From an uncultured Alphaproteobacteria bacterium (GTDB lineage: Bacteria > Pseudomonadota > Alphaproteobacteria > Rhizobiales > Beijerinckiaceae): a DNA stretch of 64,000 bases. The stretch is taken from the NCBI GenBank assembly GCA_963806675.1, contig CAWDYF010000002.1, positions 1,043,920 to 1,107,919 of the forward strand. Direction: 5' to 3'. Each line of letters opens with the position of its first letter. Position 1 is the stretch's first letter. A model generated the notes under the pieces. That model was not told where the DNA came from, did no database searches, and worked only from the letters and a program-made list of their open reading frames with translations. Shown here piece by piece: positions 56,754 through 64,000 of this stretch. A program made the position numbers and the translations under genes.

Positions 56754-57788
56754 TTGTCGGACGCAAATAAACCTGAGGAGAAGGCGCTGCTGCTTAAGCG
56801 GCTCTTTGGGCGCGGGGAATCGCCCCCGACTTCTGAGTCGCAGGCACCGATGGCCGAAGCCGCTCCGCAGCCAAGCTGGTGGAACCGGCTGAGCCTTGGG
56901 CTCTCGCGCTCCTCGCAGGCAATCGGCAAAAGCCTGAACGAGATCTTTTCCAAGCGCCGGCTAGATGCGGCGATGCTTGCCGATCTCGAAGACGTGCTGA
57001 TCCGCGCCGATCTCGGCGTTGCTGCCGCGACAAGGATCAAGGACGAAGTCGGCAAAGGGCGTTACGACAATGATGTCAGCGTCGACGAGGTGAAAAATAT
57101 TCTCGCCGCCGAGATCGAACGCGTGCTCGCGCCGGCCGCCAAGCCGCTTGCGATCGACCCCAGCCGGCGGCCCTTCGTCATTCTCGTCGTCGGCGTCAAC
57201 GGATCGGGCAAGACCACGAGCATCGGCAAACTTGCCGCCAAATTTGCCCGCGAAGGGCGGCACGTCACCCTCGTCGCAGGCGACACGTTTCGTGCGGCTG
57301 CGATCGAACAGCTGAAAATCTGGGGCCAGCGGCTCGGCTGCGAGGTTTTCGCGCGCGAGAGCGGCGCCGATCCGGCCGGGCTCGGCTATGACGCGCTGAA
57401 GGCCGCGTCGGAGTCGGGGACCGACATTCTTATCATGGACACCGCCGGCCGGCTGCAGAACCGAACCGAGCTCATGGGCGAGCTTGAAAAGATTATCCGC
57501 GTGATGAAAAAGCTCGATCCTGACGCGCCGCATGCGGTGCTTCTGGTGCTCGACGCCACCGTCGGCCAGAATGCGCTCGGCCAAGTCGAGTTGTTCGGCC
57601 GCAGCGCCGGCGTCACCGGCTTGGTCATGACCAAGCTCGACGGAACCGCGCGCGGCGGAATTCTCGTGGCCATTGCCGAGAAATTCAGCCTGCCCGTCCA
57701 TTTCATCGGCCTCGGCGAGAGCGCCGACGACCTTCAGCCCTTCGTCGCGCGCGACTTCGCCCGCGCCATTGCCGGGCTCGACCCGTGA
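56754..57788 (+). CDS. ftsY: SRP receptor FtsY
   Basis: VGVNGSGKTTSIGKLA, GDTFRAAA, DTAGRLQN, DATVGQN, TKLDGTARGG. Start uncertain (TTG 56754). Confidence 0.96.
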   Translation: MSDANKPEEKALLLKRLFGRGESPPTSESQAPMAEAAPQPSWWNRLSLGLSRSSQAIGKSLNEIFSKRRLDAAMLADLEDVLIRADLGVAAATRIKDEVGKGRYDNDVSVDEVKNILAAEIERVLAPAAKPLAIDPSRRPFVILVVGVNGSGKTTSIGKLAAKFAREGRHVTLVAGDTFRAAAIEQLKIWGQRLGCEVFARESGADPAGLGYDALKAASESGTDILIMDTAGRLQNRTELMGELEKIIRVMKKLDPDAPHAVLLVLDATVGQNALGQVELFGRSAGVTGLVMTKLDGTARGGILVAIAEKFSLPVHFIGLGESADDLQPFVARDFARAIAGLDP

Positions 57789-57859
57789 GTCCCCGCCCCT
57801 TGCGCCGCCTCGCGACCTCGGTTAGTGCCCTTCGAGCGGCCGAGCTTTAAGGATAGATA

Positions 57860-58519
57860 ATGACCGAAACTGCCGAACATGCGGCCGCGGCAGAGAAGCC
57901 GCCGGCGCCCTGGCTGAAGCTTACGCTCGAACTGGGTCCGCTCATTCTCTTCTTCTTCGCCAATGCGCGGCCGAAACTCTTCGCGTCCTATGCCGCATTG
58001 GTCCTTCCCCCGCATCTGCTCGCAGGGGAAAACGCCGGCTTGTTCACGGCGACCGCAGTTTTGATCCCGGCCGTGGTCATCGCGCTTGGGATTTCCTATC
58101 TGCGCACCAAGCGCCTGCCCATCATGCCGCTCGTCACCGCGGTGCTTGTCGTCATCTTCGGCGCGCTCACCCTCTATTTCCAAGATCCGCGCTTCATCAA
58201 GATGAAGCCGACGATTCTCTATCTTGCCTTTGCTATCGCGCTGATCGGCGGGCTCATCTTCAAGAAGCCGATTCTCGAGATCGTTCTTGACAATGCCATG
58301 CCTTTGACCGAGCGCGGCTGGCGGATCCTTACTTTGCGCTGGGGAATCTTTTTCTTTGCGCTCGCGATCCTGAACGAGATTGTCTGGCGCACGCAATCGA
58401 CCAACATCTGGGTTGCGTTCAAATTCCCCGGCACGGTGATCATCATCTTCCTCTTCACCATGACGCAAGTGCCGTTGATGCTGCGGCATGAGCTGAAGCA
58501 AGAAGGCGCGGCGGAGTGA
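57860..58519 (+). CDS. ispZ: Intracellular septation protein A (IspZ/YciB)
   Basis: LELGPL, FIKMKPT, NEIVWR, WVAFKFPG. Confidence 0.92.
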   Translation: MTETAEHAAAAEKPPAPWLKLTLELGPLILFFFANARPKLFASYAALVLPPHLLAGENAGLFTATAVLIPAVVIALGISYLRTKRLPIMPLVTAVLVVIFGALTLYFQDPRFIKMKPTILYLAFAIALIGGLIFKKPILEIVLDNAMPLTERGWRILTLRWGIFFFALAILNEIVWRTQSTNIWVAFKFPGTVIIIFLFTMTQVPLMLRHELKQEGAAE

Positions 58520-58543
58520 CGTGCGCGCGGGCGAAGCCATCAT

Positions 58544-59887
58544 TCACCGAAAAAACACCAGCGTCACCAGAATGAAGACCGGCACAAGGATCGCGCAGGA
58601 CCACGCCATATAGCCGAAGAAGCCCGGCATCGGCACGCGGGCGCGGCGCGCCAGCGCATAGACCATGAAATTCGGCGCGTTGCCGATATAGGTCAAAGCT
58701 CCCATGAAGACCGCACCGGTCGAGATCGCCGCCAGCGTCCTCGCAAACGGACCCATGAGGATCGCGGGATGCCCACCAGCTAGGCCGAAAAAGACGAGAT
58801 AGGTCGGCGCATTGTCGAGCACCGACGACAGAAGCCCCGTGGCCCAGAAATAGGCGGGGTTGTTCGGCACCCCGTCGGCATACGACAGCGCCATGACGAC
58901 GGGCCGGAATGGTCCGTGCGAATTCGCCGCCAGCATGGCCATCACCGGAATGATGCAGACGAAAATGGCGGCGAAGAGCTTCGCCACTTCCTCGAACGGG
59001 CCCCAGATGAAATGATTGGCTTCGTGGTCGGCGCGCGGCGTCACCGCGAGCGATATGAGACCGATCGCAAGCATGGCGGCATCGCGCAAAATGTCCTGCA
59101 ATTCGAGCCCGCTGCCAAGAAACGTGACGGCAACGCCCGGACGCCAGACGGCGCTTGCAAGAATGGCTGCGACGGCCGCCGCGATCAGCGCAAGATTCCT
59201 AAGGCCGCGGATTTCGAGACGCGTCTCTTCACGGTCAGTGACTTCGTTCTCCTTGCGGAAGAAATAGCTGTCGAGCAGATAGAAGATAATGAGCAGCAGG
59301 CCCGCGACGAGAGCCATATGCGGCCAAAGATTTTGCAAGGGCCAGAAAAAGTCGATGCCGCGCAGAAAACCGAAAAAGAGCGGCGGATTGCCTAAGGGGC
59401 TCAACACGCCGCCGATATTCGCGACGAGAAAGATGACGAAAATGATGATGTGGACTTGATGCTTGCGGCGCGCGTTGGCCTGCAGCAGGGGCCGGATCAG
59501 GATCATAGATGCGCCGGTCGCGCCGATGAGGCTTGCCGCGAGCGTTCCCGCCGCAAGCAGGCCCGTGTTGGCGAGCGGTGTCGCGCGGTTCAAGTCCGAG
59601 ACGACGATGCCGGCGGCGGTCGTATAAAATGCAAACAGCATGAGGATGAACGGCAGATAGTCCTTCAGCATGCTCCGCGCGAAAGCGCCGAGCGTCGGTC
59701 CGAACCCTTCGCTGGCGACGAGCAGAATGAGCGCCAGTGCCGCCCAAAAGGCGCCCGCCTTGCCGTAATGCACATGCCAGAGACGCGTGGCGAAGATCGG
59801 CCCGAGCGCGATCGTGAAAAGCAGCGCGAGAAACGGCAGCCCAAGCCAGGGCGACATATGCGCGCCGTCGAGGATTTCCGCGCTCAA
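58544..59887 (-). CDS. Putative sodium:proton antiporter (IT superfamily)
   Basis: GATGASMILIRP, VANIGGVLSPLGNPPLF.GF, LSSVLDNAPTYL, GALTYIGNAPNFM. The TTG start overlaps the polA stop. Confidence 0.85.
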   Translation of the reverse strand: MSAEILDGAHMSPWLGLPFLALLFTIALGPIFATRLWHVHYGKAGAFWAALALILLVASEGFGPTLGAFARSMLKDYLPFILMLFAFYTTAAGIVVSDLNRATPLANTGLLAAGTLAASLIGATGASMILIRPLLQANARRKHQVHIIIFVIFLVANIGGVLSPLGNPPLFFGFLRGIDFFWPLQNLWPHMALVAGLLLIIFYLLDSYFFRKENEVTDREETRLEIRGLRNLALIAAAVAAILASAVWRPGVAVTFLGSGLELQDILRDAAMLAIGLISLAVTPRADHEANHFIWGPFEEVAKLFAAIFVCIIPVMAMLAANSHGPFRPVVMALSYADGVPNNPAYFWATGLLSSVLDNAPTYLVFFGLAGGHPAILMGPFARTLAAISTGAVFMGALTYIGNAPNFMVYALARRARVPMPGFFGYMAWSCAILVPVFILVTLVFFR

Positions 59888-62800
59888 TGCGCCTCGTCCC
59901 AATTCTGCGCCGCCTTGGCGTCGACCTGCAGCGGCACGCTCAACTGGACGGCCGGATGCGGCGCGTCGATCATCACCGCGCGGACGAGCGGAATGGTCGC
60001 CTCGACCTCGTCGTCCGGCACTTCGAAGACGAGTTCGTCATGCACCTGCAAAAGCATCTGTGCGGAAAGTCCCGCCTTCTCAAGCGCCGCGTCCATGCGC
60101 ACCATGGCGCGGCGGATAATGTCGGCGGCCGAGCCCTGGATCGGCGCGTTGATCGAAGCGCGTTCGTTGAAGGCGCGCTCCGAGGGGTTCGCGGCGTTGA
60201 TGCGCGGATAATGGCATTTCCGGCCGAAAATCGTCGTCACATAGCCGCGTGCGCGGGCGATCCGCTTGGTCTCGTCGATATAGGCGCGAATGCCGGGAAA
60301 GCGTTCGAAATATTGCCGAATATAGGCGCCCGCTTCCTCGCGCGGGATGCCGAGCTGATTGGCAAGCCCGAACGAGGATATGCCGTAGATGATGCCGAAA
60401 TTGATCGCCTTGGCGCGGCGGCGAACCTCCGGCGGCATGCCGGCAACCGGCACGCCGAACATCTCCGACGCCGTCATCGCATGAATGTCGAACCCCTCGG
60501 CGAAAGCCTGACGCAACTGCGGGATATCGGCAATATGGGCGAGAAGCCGCAGTTCGATCTGCGAATAATCGGCCGAGACGAGCTTATGGCCGGGGGGCGC
60601 AATGAAGGCACGACGGATCTTGCGGCCGGCCTCGGTGCGGATCGGAATATTCTGCAGATTGGGCTCCGACGACGAGAGCCGGCCGGTGGTCGTCGCGGCG
60701 AGCGCATAAGACGTGTGCACCCGGTGCGTCTTCGGGTTGACGTAGTTCGGCAGCGCGTCCGTGTAAGTCGATTTCAACTTCGCGAGCTGGCGCCAGTCGA
60801 GAATGCGCGCGGCGAATTGATTGCCCTCTTCGGCGAGATCTTCGAGCACGCCGGCCGCGGTCGACCAGGCGCCTGTGGCGGTCCGCTTGGCGCCCGGCAG
60901 TCCCATCTTGCCAAACAAAATGTCGCTCAATTGCTTGGTCGAGCCAAGATTGAAGGTCTCGCCGGCCAGTTCATAAATCTCGGCTTCGAGCCGCGCCATG
61001 TCTTGGGCGAATTCGCCGGAGAGCCGCGAAAGAATATTGCGGTCGGTCGAGATCCCGCGCGCCTCCATGCGCGCCAAGGTTTCGATCATCGGCCGCTCCA
61101 AAGTCTCGTAGACATTGGTCATATGCTCGGCCGGCAAGCGCGGCTTGAGCACATTCCACAAACGCAAAGTGACATCGGCGTCCTCGGCCGAATATTCGGT
61201 CGCCTTATCGATCGCCACGCGCGAAAAGCCGATGAAGCTGCGCCCGGAGCCTGCCACTTCGCCGAAGGCGAGCGGCTTATGCTGAAAATATTTCTCGCTC
61301 AGCACGTCCATGCCGTGATCGGTCAAGCCCGCATCGAGCACATAAGACATGAGCAGTGTGTCCTCGATCGGCCGCATGGCGATGCCGTATTGCTTGAACA
61401 CGAGCGTGTCGAACTTGGCGTTATGCGCGATCTTAAGCACGCTGTCGGCTTCGAGCAGAGGTTTCAGCCGCGCGAGAACTTCGTCCGCCGGCAACTGGCC
61501 CGGTAAGAGTTCGCCGCCGCCGAAGAGGTCGTCCCCTCCCTCGCCCTTATGCCGCAGAGGAATGTAGCAGGCCTGCCCCGGGGCGACGCAGAGCGAGATG
61601 CCGATCAGCTCCGTATTCATCGCATCGAGCGACGAGGTCTCGGTGTCGATTGCAACGTGGCCCGTCTCGAACGCGGCAGCGATGACGAGATCGAGCTGAT
61701 CGAAGGTCGTTACGGTGGCATAGGCGGCGCGATCGAAAGGCAAGGTGGTGGCGGCCGCGGCGCGCGCCGCGGCGAGTTCGCCGGGGCCGGTCGCAACGAC
61801 TTGCCTTTGTATGGGCTCGCCATAGCGCGCATTTTTGCGCGGCCCCGCGGGCGCCGCCGTTGCCTCGATCGCGGGACCGGTCGCAGCCGCCTGCGGCGCA
61901 TCCGCGGTCGTCGCGGCGGCTTCGCCATTCCGGCCCCGCCAAGCGGCCGCGCCCACAAAGGCGGGATCGGGCTCGATCGCCTCTGCGGCGACGCCGAAGA
62001 ATTCGGCCGCGCGCTTGGTGATCGTAGTAAATTCCATCGCCTTCAAAAAGGCGACGAGCGTTTTGGGATCCGGCGCATGCAGGCCGAGCTCGTCGAGCGG
62101 CACGTCCACCGGCACGTCGCGGACGAGCGTGACAAGCTGTTTCGACAGTTTGATGAGCGCGACGCTCTCCGCCTCGGTCAGAATTTCGCGCCGTTTCGGC
62201 TGTTTAATCTCGGAGGCGCGGGCGAGAAGCGTGTCAAGGTCGCCATATTCGCCGATGAGCTGGGCGGCCGTCTTGACGCCGATGCCACGCGCACCCGGCA
62301 CGTGATCGGTCGAATCGCCGGCGAGCGCCTGGACATCGATCACTTTCTCGGGCGGCACGCCGAAATAATCGAGAACTTCTGGCACGCCGATTTTGCGCTC
62401 TTCGCGCGCGCCCTTGGCTCCTGCCTCGCCGGATGCCGGATCATACATGGCGACGCCCTTGTCCACGAGCTGCATCAAATCCTTGTCGGCGGAGATGATG
62501 AGCACATCGGCGCCGCGCGCGCGCGCTTGAGCCGCATAAGTCGCTATGAGATCGTCGGCTTCGTACCGATCCTGTTCGATCGGCACGAGGCCGAACGCCC
62601 GCACCGCAGCCCGCATCAGCGGAAATTGCGGGATAAGATCTTCCGGCGGCTCCGAACGATTGGACTTATAGGGCGGATAGATCTCGCGGCGGAACGAGTT
62701 CTTCCGACTTGTCGAAGATGATCGCCAGATGCGTCGGCTTGATGCCCGCCGCCCCCTCACGGATGAACTGAAAGAGCTTTGTCGCGAACAGGCGCACTGC

Positions 62801-62941
62801 GCCCGTCGGCAGCTGATCCGAGCGGTAATTATATTTCGGATCCTGGCGGATCGATTGGAAATAGGCGCGGAAGACGAAGGAAGACCCGTCAACGAGAAAG
62901 ACGTGATCTCCGGCCTTTACCGGGCGATGGCTCAGGGGCAT
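59884..62941 (-). CDS. polA: DNA polymerase I, frameshifted at about 62702
   Basis: LVDGSSFVFRAY lies in ORF 62666-62980. The 5'-3' exonuclease, 3'-5' exonuclease (DTET) and polymerase motifs (DYSQIELR, KAINFGIIYG, QVHDEL) lie in ORF 59884-62892. Removing one A gives DKSENSFRREIY. Confidence 0.97.
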
Positions 62942-63181
62942 GGCAGGTTTTGCCAGAGGTGAATGGGTTGGCGCCAGCATAAAGCGCGGGCCGGCGTGAG
63001 GCTATGTAAGCCGCTGGAGCCCGGCCTTCCGACCGGGGCGATCTGGCGGGGGTTCCCGCCATGCGCTACGCTGCAGTGCGACAGATAGTCGCCGCGCGGC
63101 ATTCTAGCGAAATCAATCGTCCGCCATAAGGGCATGAAAAATCCACAGAAATCTAGGCTCCCGCTATATCGAAATTCATAT

Positions 63182-63193
63182 TGCGACGCACTA
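63182..63193 (+). promoter_or_regulatory. PhaR-like operator
   Basis: TGCGACGCACTA, one mismatch to the TGCRNYGCASMA-type motif I recall for rhizobial PhaR. It lies in the AT-rich region upstream of the patatin gene. Confidence 0.3.
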
Positions 63194-63251
63194 TATACGG
63201 GGGTCACCCGGGCTAGCCCCGGCATCATGGACCTGATTGGCGGAGCGCATC

Positions 63252-64000
63252 ATGCATAGGCTCGAGGTTCTGAAGCGTCAGCTCGGGAGCGGCGCCGTCT
63301 GGCCGCCCCCGCGTGTGTCGCTGGCTCTGCAGGGCGGCGGCTCTTTCGGCGCATTCACCTGGGGCGTGCTCGACCGGCTGCTCGAAGACCCGAACCTCAC
63401 ATTCGATACGGTGAGCGGCACTTCGGCAGGCGCGATCAACGCGGTTTTGCTGGCTGCCGGGCTGGCCGAAGGTGGCCCGCGCGCGGCGCGCGCCAAGCTC
63501 GGCCGATTCTGGGAACGTCTGAGCCGCACCGCGGCCTTCGGACCTTTCGGCGCAGCCGCGGGATTTGCCCCCGGCGCGGGCAGCTTTTCGTTTTGGACGC
63601 GGCTTCTTTCGCCCTACCAATATAATCCGCTCGATCTCAATCCGTTGCGGGCTTTGCTCAACGAGGAGGTGGATTTCGACCGGCTGCGGCGGGCCGCGCC
63701 AATCGGGCTGTTGATTGCCGCAACACGCGTCTGCGACGGACGCGCCCGCATTTTCGCAAATGCCGAAATCAATGCGGAAGCGGTGCTCGCTTCGGCAAGC
63801 CTGCCGCTTTACCATCACGCCGTGACGATCGACGATGTCGCTTATTGGGACGGTGGCTATTCCGCCAATCCGCCCCTGCTCGACCTTGTCACCGCGAGCC
63901 AGGCTCCGGACATTCTCGTCGTACAGATCACTCCCATGCGGAGCGCCGAGGTTCCGACGACCTCGCGCGATATCATCCGCCGGCTCGATCAGATCACATT
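63252..64000 (+). CDS. Patatin-like phospholipase, truncated by the window edge
   Basis: LALQGGGSFGAFTWGVLDRLL, GTSAG nucleophile motif, WDGGYSANPP; GGAG SD. Not in the ORF track. Confidence 0.92.
   Translation, partial: MHRLEVLKRQLGSGAVWPPPRVSLALQGGGSFGAFTWGVLDRLLEDPNLTFDTVSGTSAGAINAVLLAAGLAEGGPRAARAKLGRFWERLSRTAAFGPFGAAAGFAPGAGSFSFWTRLLSPYQYNPLDLNPLRALLNEEVDFDRLRRAAPIGLLIAATRVCDGRARIFANAEINAEAVLASASLPLYHHAVTIDDVAYWDGGYSANPPLLDLVTASQAPDILVVQITPMRSAEVPTTSRDIIRRLDQIT

Overview
GC-rich alphaproteobacterial chromosome segment, probably Hyphomicrobiales and possibly Beijerinckiaceae-like (inferred from gene content and protein style). It is almost all core or housekeeping genes: hrpB, kup, mutS, hrcA, fabH, a TetR-MFP-RND efflux operon, lepA, glsA, msrB, gyrB, clpB, prmC, htpG, a ybbAP/tesA-like unit, thpR, a csp gene, rlmJ, RNase T2, prfC, ftsEX, ftsY, ispZ and polA. 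I found no IS, phage, tRNA/rRNA or CRISPR array, and no clearly novel multi-gene system. Seven genes, including gyrB and polA, are broken by short indels. Almost all of these are +1 nt, which points to a systematic base-calling or assembly error rather than biology. The best leads are non-coding or architectural: (1) an unannotated, structured, terminator-ended minus-strand transcript just upstream of htpG; (2) an identical RpoH-like CTTG-N17-xGCCATxT-N7-ATG layout, suggesting leaderless mRNAs, at hrcA and hrpB; (3) an in-frame HtpG-PrmC junction and loss of the usual prfA-prmC linkage; (4) a perfect TetR operator; (5) CtrA-like and PhaR-like boxes; (6) a REP-type doublet; (7) an anti-sigma/subtilase module at the left edge. 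Start codons, motifs and positions were read by eye, and no database searches or folding programs were run.
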